Part shown: positions 36,186 through 49,500 of the stretch, piece after piece | Layout: the number at the start of each line of letters is the position of its first letter | Numbering within the stretch: position 1 is the stretch's first letter | DNA from: Selaginella moellendorffii | Taxonomy: Eukaryota; Plantae; Lycopodiophyta | DNA length: 64,000 nucleotides | NCBI RefSeq assembly: GCF_000143415.4 | Contig: NW_003314262.1 | Span: forward strand, 819,431 to 883,430 | Direction: 5' to 3' | Made by a program: the position numbers and the translations under genes | Notes under the pieces: model-generated | What the model was told of the DNA's origin: nothing | Databases searched by the model: none | The model's input: only the letters and a program-made list of their open reading frames with translations

Positions 36186-36872
36186 TTCTGGCTGTTTATA
36201 TCTAAGGGTTTTATGTTTGACTCTCTATCGTGTCACTGCGCAGCATTGGAACAAAATAAGGAGAGCGAGCTTTTTGATTCTTCACTGTTAATAAGTTTCT
36301 TTCTCGCATTTTGCGCAGTTGTATTGCCACTGTTTCTAAGTCTCTGGAATGTATACTTCGGAAGGGGTATGTGTGTGATTTACTGTTTTTGCAATGTTGT
36401 TTGAATGTGTTTGCATAATAACAGGTCATGAGTACTGGGAAGGTGAAGGCATTGAAGAAAAAAAGCCATCATGCAGGCAAATGATGAACATATTTCACCC
36501 ATATGATCCTGTTTCCTACAGGTATCAATATATTTATGTGTTACCACCGTTTACATTTATCCTTTCGTCCTGATTACAAAGTGGAACCTCTGATATCTAT
36601 TCTTTTTGGAGAAAGTCAGTGAATATCTCGGGGTACAGGTAATCATAGTGGTTTGTAAGTTTTGCTATCAAAGCTAGAGGAAATTCTTCGGTTGGGGTAT
36701 GGTTTTGTCACAGTTTTTAACGGTAGTATGGTGGCAGAAAAGCTATTTAGAAGTCCCAATGGTAGAGTCGACTTAATGCTACAGGTAAGTCTTGCTCTTT
36801 GCTGTCACGTCATTCTCATGTGGATCCAGGATACAAAATTTGAGCACCACTATGATAAATAACAGCAGTGGC

Positions 36873-36874
<2 letters not shown>

Positions 36875-36906
<32 letters not shown>
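36875..36906. repeat. (GA)n microsatellite
   Basis: Directly visible. Confidence 0.95.
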
Positions 36907-36911
<5 letters not shown>

Positions 36912-37462
36912 AGTCGGAGTCACAGCAGCAGCAGCAGCAACATCACCAGCGAGAAGATCTCAAGGCCATGAGAATTCTCCACCAGGAGTTTGGGATCAGT
37001 CACATGTACCTAGCGGCCAGGTAAGAAGGGCAGTGCGAGGGACAGGGACGAAGGGACAGGGAAGAAGATCTTGCAGGGTTGGCCATCACCCACGAGCAGA
37101 GATTGATGAGGTCACTGATTTGCTCTATCACTTTGGAGCCATTTCTGCCCAACCCAGTGGCAAGGTGAGCTTCAATGTGGTGGCGGTGATCCAGAGCAGC
37201 TCTAGAAGTGGTGGTGATGACCATGTGTTTCTCTACAGGGGCACGGTGCTGTACAAATCCAATGAGTCTGGAGACAAGGAGCATCGTCAATTGATTATTG
37301 TCACACACTAGGTAGGATCCAATCCAACTTCACCAACTTGCAGAGAAAGAGAGAACTAAGAAAGACAAACAAAGAATAGTGACCATGGCCACATCTACAT
37401 GTTTGAGGACAAATTAAGTGAAGTGGTGCCAGATTCAATTGTATTTGTGTTGTAATACTACA

Positions 37463-38315
37463 TTATTTATAAGGTGTCTCCTGCCCTTGACTGGCTACCA
37501 AAAAATAACAAATGTCTTTTCCTCTTCGCTCTAAGTGAGCACTCTGACCTACACACATAACAGTAACATATGTGTCGAGAAGTCCTCTACATAAACCATT
37601 AAATTGTTTACTAATGTACATCCTTAGAAAATTATTACTAATGACACAGTATTTCACAGAATCTCCTTTCGCAGAAAGACCAAGCATATAAAGTATCTCT
37701 CTTATGAGGGACTCTTTCATTCCATGCCTCCTAGAATTTTCTCCCTGTAATAAATTGGGTGTAACATCCTTTCTGCAAGGCTCCTGTATCATGGTCCAAT
37801 GTAAGCTTTAAGGTTTTGTCTGTGCAAATGGTTGCTTTATCTTTGTACTGTTACAAGAATCATACTATAGAAACAACATGACGGTATTGCTCCTTTTAAG
37901 GTTCACCTTCATTGCCATTAACGGTTCATTGCCATCTGGGTGAATCTTTTCTTCTTCTTCTCCATTTTGGGTAAATGAAAATACTTTAAATTTCCTTTCA
38001 CAGAAAGACCAAGCATATAAAGGGACTCTTTCATTCCATGCCTCCTAGAATTTTTTCCCTGTAATAAATTGGGTGTAACACAATTAATACTTTAATGACA
38101 CAAACACGAACCTTTTGAATTCCATTACACATACGGAAAAACAAGCAAACACTGTTACATTTCTAAACTCTTAAAAAAATGAAAACTACACTCACTCCTT
38201 TATACTCCTCTACAGCAATGGCTTTGTCAGGGATATGCTTCCAAACCCCACACTCCATGTAAAAAACGTTGGAAATTATCAAAGACCTGTAACACAAAGA
38301 ATAAATAGTCACAGT
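37463..38315 (-). pseudogene. Fragments of a divergent RPA1-like paralogue
   Basis: NLLQGENSRRHGMKESLIREI aligns to PLIQGESSKKAVIKEVFIKEI, and SLIISNVFYMECGVWK aligns to SLIVLNACFLDGGVWK of the gene at 17.3-19.0 kb. Confidence 0.6.
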
Positions 38316-40600
38316 GAAAAAAGAAAATGGAAAAACAAACATATGCTTACTATTTGTCGTCAATCTCAGAAAAAGCATAATCATCAAGTCATCTACATAT
38401 TTTATAGAGAAATAAGAGGTACCATGGAGCCTATAGTTGGCCTGTCGCAAGACGTCTCTTCTCCTCTGGTATTCCTGTTGAAAAACTAAGCAACAAGTAA
38501 GCAATACAAAGCTTACACCATATCACTCACTGTCACTTTTGCAAAGGCTTACTTAAATTCCATGTTTGCACGGACTCAGAATCATGTAAATATGAGCGCA
38601 CACTCGCAGTTATGCTCACTGTCCCTCAGAATTTTCCTCCTCTTTAGTGCTACTGATATCAGAGCATTTATCAAACAATTGCTCTGCTATCTCCTCTGCG
38701 TGTGAGTGAGCAAAAGGAAGGAGTTTCACGAGCAGGGGTCCCAATGGAACCGTACACTCACTAACGAGAATCCATTCATTGCAAAGAGGAAACCACCAAA
38801 AAGAATCCCTCACGTGCTGTTTAGAACTCTCATAGCAGGCCGGAAGATAGGGTTTCATGCATTCTTCCAGGGCTTGAGCATAGAGTTTGGACGGTAGCAT
38901 TCTCTGTGATAGCACCATTGCTAGGGATCTCAGTATACATGTTTTTGGGGCCTAGATTGAGAAGCTTTATGGAACCGCTCCACTGGAATCATCTCCACAT
39001 GGTGGGGGTAGCCTGGTGCAGATTGTTATGATGATCGCTATTTGTCTCTGTCTTTCTGCACACGAGGCTTGGCGTAATGAGCCTCCAGGAAAGTCCTACA
39101 AACAGTTCATACGGTTTTAAAATATTTGCAGTGTATGGATCACAGATGTGGTGACCCTTGTACTCAGTGTGCTGCCTAACTGTTCACTTATTTCCTCTGG
39201 ATGGATGATCAGAAAGTAATAACTTGAAATAAGAAGACAATGTTTTCTCTGCTTCTAGATTTCCAGGCACTTCCACTCTTGTATGATCCTCCTGTGTGGC
39301 GTGAGATGATGATATTGAGAATGTGGCTAATGTGGACTTATCGCATGAGCTCTAGACTTTCTCAAGAGAACTAAACTAATACAAGATGCACATAGGTTCA
39401 TCAAGAGAATGTCATTCACTTCTTTAGTGACTGCTTGGTGCCTGTAAAGTTCACAAGGACTTGGAGAGATGATCAAAAGGTGGCAATGGATATGCTTAAG
39501 TGTGTGAAGTGTGTGAGTTCTGTGCTTTGTAGGAGCTTCATTATTGCTGATACCAGCTAAACTAAGTTTGAGTTGAATTCAAACTCTCTCTTTATTTTCT
39601 ATCTAAGTCACGTGTATATGCACTGTTATAGTATAGAAACTGAATAAGAGTTTTGATGGGTTGATTCAAAAAATACCTCTCCAAGTTTTTGAAGAGATGG
39701 AGAATGATAACTCCACAATGGTGAGATGTGATGGTAAATAATGCTTGACATAAACATGAAGTTTACCTATGTATGTATTAAGTTTCTAAGCATAAAAAAG
39801 TGACAAGAGGAAGATGGATAAAGACAATACATTCTACACAACCATGCAAACAAACTGTCAAGTAGGCAACAATTAAAAGTAAAAGGAAATGCAATAAGTA
39901 TAACTATCCTTTCTTTGTGATTACAGAGTGGAACCTCTTATATCTATTCTTTTCAGAGAAAGTCAGTGAATATTTTGGGATACATCGTGCTTTGTATGTT
40001 TTGCTATGAAGAAAGTTCTACGGTTGGGGTATGTTTTTTGTGTCACAGCTTTTAACGGTAGTATGGTGACAGAAAGGCTGCCTAGAACCTAATGGTAGAG
40101 CCAAATTCATGCTACAGGTAAGTTGGAATCACAGCAGCAGCAGCAGCAGCATCACCAGCGAGAAGACCTCAAGGTTGCACAAGAATTCTCCACCAGGTTT
40201 TTGGGAACGCTTACATGTATGTAGTGGTAAAGCCAGTGTCGGTGAGCATGTTGGTGGGAGAGACAGGGACAAAGATCTCACAAGAGACAGGGAGAAAGAT
40301 CTTGTAGGGTCTGCCATCACCCACAAGCAGCAAAATATGTTTTCAAGCTTCCCGGAGGAAGACTCAAATCTGGAGAAAAACGGTAAAGAAGCTTTCTTTC
40401 ATCATTCACTCTGCTAACTTTGATAACTCTGCTGACTAGAGGTGGAAGGATTGAAGAGGAAGCTCATGAGCAAGGTTGCTCCAATGGCAGCTTCAATCCA
40501 GCCTGAGACAGGTATGATGGAAATACACAAAGATATAAAGAACTTTGGTTTTGTTCGTTTCCATTTCTTCCAGTTTGAAGAGTTTGTGGCAATTTGGTAG

Positions 40601-40891
<291 letters not shown>

Positions 40892-40949
40892 TGATGTGAG
40901 AATCGTTACTGCAGAGATATGGCCAGTGATCTCCGCCATCTCCTAGCAG

Positions 40950-41583
40950 CTTTTAAGGTTCACCTTCATTGCCATTAACGGTTCATTGCCATCTGGGTAA
41001 ATTTTTTCTTCTTCTTCTCCATTTTGGGTAAATGAAAATACTTTAAATCTCCTTTCACAGAAAAACCAAGCATATAAAGTATCTCTCTTATGAGGGACTC
41101 TTTCATTCCATGCCTCCTAGAATTTTTTCCCTGTAATAAATTGGGTGTAACACAGTTAATACTTTAATGACACAAACACAAACCTTTTGAATTCCATCAC
41201 ACATACGGAAAAAAGCAAACACTGTTACATTTCTAAACTCTTAAAAAAATGAAAATTACACTCACTCCTTTATACTCCTCTACAGCAATGGCTTTGTTAG
41301 GGATATGCTTCCAAACCCCACACTCCATGTAAAAAACGTTGGAAATTATCAAAGACCTGTAACACAAAGAATAAATAGTCACAGCTTTTTTCTTGAATAG
41401 CCCAAGAAGTAATGGCATTCGCCATACGAAAGGATCCACATGCTTCCATAACTTTATTGCCATCAGCACAGAAATCTTTCCTGCAATAGCACCAGGTTTG
41501 GAATCCAATTTTGTAATCCTCAGAACAATTCCCTCCTCTAGGTTGTCTCTGACCTTTTTCAGCCCACCCACTGTGCACTCCAT
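40950..41583 (-). pseudogene. 5' part of the RPA1-like paralogue; 40950-41384 duplicates 37893-38315
   Basis: MECTVGGLKKVRDNLEEGIVLRITKLDSKPGAIAGK aligns to MKCTDDGIRKVKENSKEELVFCVTNIDSKPGALAKK. Confidence 0.7.
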
Positions 41584-42630
41584 TCTTCAACACAAACTCA
41601 GAAACCTAATATGAACAAAACTACTTGTTATAACAAAACCCAAATGTTCTAGAATAAAAACATGGAGTTATGCATCCAAGTAGACTGTGAGAATTGCTCA
41701 TCCCTTGCTGAGCATGGCAAAATTTCTTGAGTCAGAGTTCTTGTTCAATATCTCCTACCAAACTGAAAGTTCTATGGAATTAAGGCATGCTGGTTGTGTT
41801 CTTCGCGCTTGACACACAAACATCGAGAATGTTTTTAAACTCATAGCATGGCTAAGAACAAGTGTGTCTCATATTCTATCATGATCTTTATTGTCTCAAT
41901 GCATGATCATTTTAAGATCTTGGACATAAGCAGGGAGGCAGTAGATAGCACAACCAATAAGGCTGCTAAAATTACAATTTTTTTAGATTGAAAACATTTT
42001 CTACTTTTCCCAGCGGAGCTGGGATCCCTGCTAGTTTACTTTATAAATGGTCATTCAGGTATTGTAGACTGAACGTTAAAGGTAAATGGTTGAACAGGTG
42101 TTATTTTCATAACTTCAAAAGATTTCAGACTCAATTCTGAAGTTATGTTGTGTACACCTATATCTGTTCGTGGTGAGATGTCACTCATTTGCTGGCTTGC
42201 AAAGCTTTCATCTAATCTGCATACTGGTAAATCTCGTTTAATTCAAAACCCAACTTTGACCATAGCACACAATGGAGACTTTGACAGGAAGCCCTAAGGA
42301 CCTGTAGCACCTAATACCCAAACTGAGGTTGCACACATGGCAGCTGAGCTTCTACTTTCAATAATGTACACTCAAAACTCAAGCTCTCACAATTCTACTG
42401 GCAAGCCAACCCTTGGAACCAACTGGATAAATCTATTGGGAGTTGAAAGAGCATGACATGTGTAGGAGAGAGATGATCAAAGTGATGATGGCACTTTTGT
42501 ATTGTTGGTCACAAATCATCATAAAGAGCACAGTACTCTTTCACTTACAACAAGTTGAATCTAGCAGCCAGAGTTTATCCTAAAGGGCAGCTGAAAATCG
42601 AAGCACAGCTATAACTAATGTGCACTACTA

Positions 42631-43140
42631 NNNNNNNNNNNNNNNNNNNNNNNNNNNNNNNNNNNNNNNNNNNNNNNNNNNNNNNNNNNNNNNNNNNNNN
42701 NNNNNNNNNNNNNNNNNNNNNNNNNNNNNNNNNNNNNNNNNNNNNNNNNNNNNNNNNNNNNNNNNNNNNNNNNNNNNNNNNNNNNNNNNNNNNNNNNNNN
42801 NNNNNNNNNNNNNNNNNNNNNNNNNNNNNNNNNNNNNNNNNNNNNNNNNNNNNNNNNNNNNNNNNNNNNNNNNNNNNNNNNNNNNNNNNNNNNNNNNNNN
42901 NNNNNNNNNNNNNNNNNNNNNNNNNNNNNNNNNNNNNNNNNNNNNNNNNNNNNNNNNNNNNNNNNNNNNNNNNNNNNNNNNNNNNNNNNNNNNNNNNNNN
43001 NNNNNNNNNNNNNNNNNNNNNNNNNNNNNNNNNNNNNNNNNNNNNNNNNNNNNNNNNNNNNNNNNNNNNNNNNNNNNNNNNNNNNNNNNNNNNNNNNNNN
43101 NNNNNNNNNNNNNNNNNNNNNNNNNNNNNNNNNNNNNNNN
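42631..43140. other. Assembly gap (510 N)
   Basis: Run of n. Confidence 1.
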
Positions 43141-43171
43141 CAACCACTTTAAGCGGTGACTGGCCTAAATT

Positions 43172-44182
43172 ATGACGAATTCGGCCCACGAACAAATGTA
43201 TAGATTTATCTGTCAATCAAAGGAAACCTGTTTTCAATACGTGCTGCATGGCTATCGTTTTTGCGTGAAGCACATTTTGGAGGATCCAAATGCGCCATAT
43301 AGGCGATGTGAATTCAAGGGAGAAAGCTTTTGTTTTCTGCCTGTTTCAACCAGTGTTCAAGATCCAAGGTTGTTTGGTCAATCCAGGTTCGTTGCTGACT
43401 TTGGCTTTTCAGGTTTTGTAAACTGCACAAGATTGAAAACAGTGTTTTGCCTCAGGGAGAGTATTCTCTTTCAGTGTTCGCAGCTACCATGGCTCATCAC
43501 CTGGAATTTGCAGGTGATCGCCAAAATAATCAGATGACATATCCGGATAGAGACCATGATTTTTCTACTTTAAAAGATTGTACTCGAAAGGATACTACTA
43601 TATATGGAGTAGAAAAGACCGGACACTGGGAGAGAAAAACAGTTTCCTGCCTAGTTGACATAGGCTCGATAAATTTCGAAACAATGAGCCTGAGTTGTGG
43701 CTCTCACAAGGCAAAGAGCTGGTCTTTGGATACAAGGCCTCAAAAATCAAGATATATTGGAGTTTGTAGAAGGCCCTGGGGAACGTATGGTGCAGAAATC
43801 AGGACTCCGGCAGGCAAACGGCTGTGGTTAGGAACATATCTTACAGAAGACGCAGCAGCACATGCCTACGATGATGCCGCTCGGACATTTCGTGGAAAGA
43901 ATGCAGCTACAAACTTTACTCACAAGCCATCTGCTAAAATAACAAAGACTCACAAACTTGGTAGACGATTAAAGGCCGGGAGCGGGACAGCACAGCACCG
44001 GAAGTCTGATGAAGATCGTGGAATTGAAGGACTACTCGCTTTATCTGGTACTATGGAGGTCAAAACTGGATCTGGCAGGAAGAAACGAAAGTTTAAAAGT
44101 ATATCGATTGTTACATGCTCTACAATCTGAGATAACGTTTATCAGTTGTTTTATTTCAGATCTCAAAGCAGGCGTCTTTTGA
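43172..44182 (+). CDS. Protein with an N-terminal zf-C3Hc3H-like domain (KANSL2/INO80D type) and an AP2/ERF domain; spliced
   Basis: Exon 1 has C-x5-C...[20 protein letters not shown]...C...DPR, joined by a 44-bp intron (43369-43412) to FCKLH. AP2 domain [17 protein letters not shown]...RLWLGTY...AAHAYDDAA...NF at about 43747-43917. The stop is at 44130, or 44182 if the last intron is spliced. Confidence 0.8.
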
Positions 44183-44264
44183 CGTCGCATGCTGTCTTCA
44201 GGGACGACATTGCTTAAAATTGCTAGAGTGCTCTTTATGAACAGCTCGTAGAGCTCATTGTTTT

Positions 44265-46309
44265 TTATTTCTTACCTTCTGTGTGGAGAGTGTGTGGGGG
44301 GAGAATGTGACCCTGGTGAATCAGGCGGTGGAGAGTGTGAACTAGTGGCTGTCTGCATGGAGGTCCGAACCATCAGTGATTCTGCCTCTGAGATTGAAGT
44401 AGGAACTATATGTCTTGGTGTTCGTGGTGACGCTAAGCTGGCTCGCAATCTGAAAAGAAATATCAGGTCAAGAGTTCTATCGTCATCGTGACATGTCCTC
44501 TTTGTTCTAATGCAGAAAAGACTTACTTATTGTAAAGCTCGCGTTGCTGGTCGGATTCGTCCCAGATTTCTTCCTGAGAAAGAAAGAAGAAGAAAAAAAA
44601 AACCCTTAGAAAGTAGCATGAAGAAAGATGTCATTATTCACCTGCAAGAGCTCTTCAATAACATCTTCCATCGTGATAATCCCCACAGCTTCGTCATCGT
44701 TTACACTTACCAATGGCAATACATCCAGTATGTCCTCAGAGGCATTTCGTTCTGATTTTGACTTCCGAGGGGTGCTCTCACCATCATGGGCTGGATAAAA
44801 TTCCTGTTGGATCTCAGTCACTTGCGAGCCTGTTAGTCAGGACGCGAAGTTGATTTATTCTAATAAACTATACAGAGGTTTATCCTTGCAGTTTGTGCCT
44901 GAACAAAATGAGATTTTAGCTTTAATACCTTTCTTACTAAATCTTCTACTACTGAGTCTTCTGTCCAGAGAATGTTTCTTTTTTAGGCTTTCAGGCTTTA
45001 ATCGCGTGTTCCTCACAACGACTGCCATGTGGCTATGTCCTTTTTGAAACTCGTTTAAAATGTCATACAACGGCATCTTTTCTCCAACCCTGATGAACGT
45101 GTACACATACACCGAACAACAAAGAAAAATTCTAGTGCAACTAGCCACAATTTTACGCACCTTGGTATCTTTCGGATCGTAAGATTAATAAGTGGAGTTG
45201 CAGTTTCGGGACGAACTGTAAGCAAGGTCTTGACCTATAAAAAATGCTATTTAGCCGGACCTCCTTTCTCTGCCTACCAGTATCAGACCAACTATATTAG
45301 TTGGTCTTTCAAAGTACACCGGCACTCGACTATGTCCTCGATCTATAATGGCCTTCATCGTCTCTCTGCAAGTGAAAACACCAAATTAAAAGAATTTATA
45401 TGCATGATTTGCACAAACTTAGTACAAGTCAAGCTTTACGTTGATGTCGACACAAAAGGCTTTAGAGATGGGAGTCATTGCGTCTTCTGCTGTTTTTTCT
45501 GTCAAATCTAATGCTCCCGTTATGATTGTCGCCTCATCGTGAGTTAGCTCTCCGCCTTTTCCAGCCTACCAATGGTCGATGCTAAAAGATTTATATGATT
45601 TGGCAGATCCTACTTCTTTGTCATGAAGCCCGACTAGTGTCTTGAGCTCTGCTCTACGAAACAATGCAACGTGGTCTTTTCCAAGAACAGAATCCAGTAG
45701 CTGAAATTTCCTTGTGATGAGCAAAATCAGGCAAAGTACTTGCTTACCTTGCTTATTGGATAGGAGATTGGAAAGCATATCCAGACAAGAATGCGGACGA
45801 ACGGGGTCATCTTTGCGCCAATTGCCAAGCCATAACGAGAGCAAATGGCTTGTGGCAGTATCTAAGAGAGGAAAGTCAGTTGTTTATCAATCCTCGTGTT
45901 TTGTAGCAACACCTACTTCTCCAAATAGGAGGATAAGAGTGACTGAAATCAAGACTGCACTCCAAGCGTTCACGACTGCATCCAAGAAAATCGGAAGTGC
46001 CTCCATTGCGAGAGCATTACAGATTAGCAGCGTGCATAGCAAGAGGTGTTGCTCTTTAACCACAGGGTATATTATCTCTGTCAATCGGACACATTGTTAA
46101 GCTCATCAGGAAATACTGGAAACAGTCTTACCGGCGTGCTTGCGATCTTGCGGGGATCCAGACTTCATCAGAACCTCTAAGTCTACAAGTTCCAGTGACA
46201 TAAGGCCAAGCGTGAGACCCGACATGATGCCAGCGAATACCACCAAACAGATGCTTAAGACTATGTATGCCCAGAACATGCCTCCACAGCAATGTTCGTG
46301 GCTCGCCAT
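44265..46309 (-). CDS. DUF21/CNNM transmembrane plus CBS-domain protein (CBSDUF family); multi-exon
   Basis: [75 protein letters not shown]. The 3' end is approximate. Confidence 0.92.
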
Positions 46310-46505
46310 CCTCGTGAGAGTGTTTTCTTCCTTCAGCAGAATCCAAAACCTAGCAACCGTTTTATATGCAACAATGGAGGAGCAGCGTACGCGCAAAATT
46401 TCAAATAAACTTTTTCTCATTAAGTACTGCAAGTCTGGATCGATTGACGTGTACCACATGGAACAAAACAAAACGCAATGGCACAGCAATTTATAAATAT
46501 TATAC

Positions 46506-49500
46506 CTAGTAGTTTAATAGAAGCGGGCCAAAGCACTCACTAAAGAGATCGCTCAGTGCAAATTGAACTTCCATGGAGCCATGTTCACAACCCACCAAGC
46601 TCGTCAGCACTGGAAAAAAACTACTGAGATACTTCTGAAATGGGGTGTTGCGAAACCGGCTAAGAGCTCTAAGAGTCATGATGACGAGTGGGGCTCGAGC
46701 GGTAAGCTCCCTCCTTCTCGTGTAGCTCACAGGGATCATCCACTGTGGCTTGAGGCGCTGAGGCTGGTGAGTGAAAGTGGACGTTTTAGCGTAAACTTGC
46801 AAGACCTCCTTGCAAAATTCCACAAAACGGGCCTCGACGTCCACGTTCTTCAGCAGCACCGGGTTGTCCTCGTGAAGTCTCTGGAGTATTTCCATATAGG
46901 TCTGCGAAGACTCGCTCTCCAGCCACAGTAAAGGTGGATCGCCCATCTGGGACGATAACTGAAGCTTGTAGATCTTGTTGCGTAGAAAGAGATCGTTGTT
47001 AACTTTGTGAGCGTGCACCACTATCACGTTTAAGATTCCAAGAAGCAGTGTCACGTGAGGCGATGCCATCTTCGGCCCAAAAGCGTCATAGATCTCCCTT
47101 ACTGCCTGGAGGTTAGGATACAAATCTGTAGAAGAATAAAAATTGAAACTATAACAAACAAGCTTGCCTGTACAAGGAGGAGCTGAACTGTTGAGTGGAA
47201 CTTCAGCTCGGCCAGAAAACACTGCAACTTGCTATCTTCATCAGATGTAAACCCTTCTTCAGTTGAAGCACCCTCCATAAAAGTTACTATCTGCATTACG
47301 TTTGGAAACGTCTCCTCGGCCACTGATTGTAAGCCTTGTAATATGTCCACCCAGTCAACTTTGGAGAACTGAGGCCCTCCCTTGACGATGAGCCGGACGA
47401 AAGAGGCAATGGTAATTCCAACGATTTTTTCATGGTGTATTTTGAGGAAGTCCTTCATCAAAGATAGTACCTTACGCATAAATGGACGAACAACTGGGAA
47501 AAACTTCACGTAGAGCTCAACCAGTGGCTGCAAGGCCAGACTACACGTTTCATAAAGCCAGGCGTCCATGTCTTTTTCACTATCCACGTTCTGAAGCTTG
47601 ATCGATCGCCTTGCTGAATCAAAGAGAGGGAATAAGACAGTGTTGTATATCTGTTCCCAAGAACTTGTTGAGAACACATGTCCATGGCACTGTAAGACGT
47701 CAAATAAGACGTGCACGGCACTCTTACGAATCGCTGTCCGTGAGTCGTATGTTAACTCCGCCAATCCTAGGACAAAATTCAATAAAACCACGAAACTCAG
47801 ATGGATGTTATTACCTGCAAGCAGAGGAAACCAGAAGAAGAGATGATCATCTTGCTCAGGGCCACTTTCAGTATTTTGAACTTTTTCAGGGCTGTTGCGA
47901 CAAGTACTGAGCTCTCCTTCACCAAGCTTTAAGGCGCAAAAACGCAGAAATGCGAGAGCATTGAGGCTGATATCGTCATTAAACTTGTTGTTTATGAACG
48001 CAAGAAGGCAATTCACACAGTCCGTGAATATTGTGTTCTCGGTTTCAGTAATGTGTTGAAAGTAATCTCTGACAACTTTCTCCACCGTTTCAAATGCAAG
48101 ATGGACAATGCCGCTATCTCTATCTGTTGCGGCAGTAGTAAAGACCTGTAATTGATAAAGCATTGATACCTTCCAAAATGACTCTCAAACCTTTGTTACC
48201 ATAAACGTAATTTTCCAGCCAGATTTCACGTTGCCAACTCGAGTGCACACCATTTGAGAGACACAACGGATGATAAATTCTCGTATTTCAACAGAGGCAC
48301 TTCTCTGCATGATGATGACAAAAGGCCGCATAAACTGATTTTGGAAGTTGTAATTTGCAAGCTCTTCACGATCCATGAATTTCATTGCCAACTGCCGCAG
48401 AGAGTCCATGGCATACATAGCAACTGAGAAATTGCTTGAACACCCAACAGTAACAAAATAGTCAGACAACGTATTCCACATCCTGCTCCAAACCAGCCTG
48501 ATCCGATTCATATTGAAGTGCCTATACAACAAGCAAGAGAATACATCACAATCAAATCACTAAGTGACCTGAATACTTACGAGATTTCCACAATTTTGGT
48601 GAGACTGAACACTCGTGGATCAGTAGGAGATCGCAGTTCATCCATGGACACTTTGCACAATGCTTTTACAAAGTCCACAATTCCTTCACTACTTAAGGCT
48701 TGACTTCGAGTAAAAATTTTGTTAGCTTCGTTCGAATCAATTTGACCAAGCAAACCGAGATTTGAAACGAGATTACTCATTTGCTCTGCTGTGACTGCAC
48801 CAGGTATTGGGCTCTGCCTGCCACCAGTACTGTCGTATGATCCACGGCGTGCAGCTAGAGCAGCAAAATGCAATCTTCCTTTTCTTTTTGGAGCAGTTGA
48901 TAGCTTAGTCTTTTCTGGATCGTTTGAAAAAAAAGTAGCATCGGGAAGAGCACCTTCGCCGATGAGATAAAGCTGATCAAATCGTGAAACGCATGTAAGT
49001 ACATGCTCCCATGCGTCCTGCAAATAATTTCCATATTCATCTGCAATATTGAGCAAAACCTAAATATTTGGCCAGGGTAAGCACCATAACGTCATCACAC
49101 TAAATTTACCTTGATAGCATTCACGTGTTTCTGCTTGATATCCACAGGAGAATGTAGCGATGTAAACTTTGCAAGAGAAGTCACAAAAGCATCCCGCTGT
49201 ATTTGCATGCGCATCACTGAAGTGATATGTATTGCATGCCTGAACCCTTCCAGGCATGGTGAAGTCACAACCTCGTCGTCACTCTTGTCTAGTGGGACAC
49301 TAAGCCCCGCAAGCATGGGTCCCCATGAAACTTCTACCATTGGCTTTACAATCTCCACGTCTATCACAGCATAGTATGCAGATCTAGTAGAAAATGAAGG
49401 CAATGCTATCAAAACAATGACAACAGTGCATCTTACTGTGGTTTCTCAGCTTTTTCTTTGAGTTGATCTTGCATATAACGAATCGCGTCTTCACTGGACT

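Noticed and set aside
38370-38420. YVDD as a reverse-transcriptase motif
   Set aside because: No other RT motifs are nearby.
42623-42630. CACTACTA as the start of a CACTA transposon
   Set aside because: Only 8 bp are visible before the gap, and no matching end is seen.
42575-43216. ORFs spanning the N run
   Set aside because: Artefact of the assembly gap.
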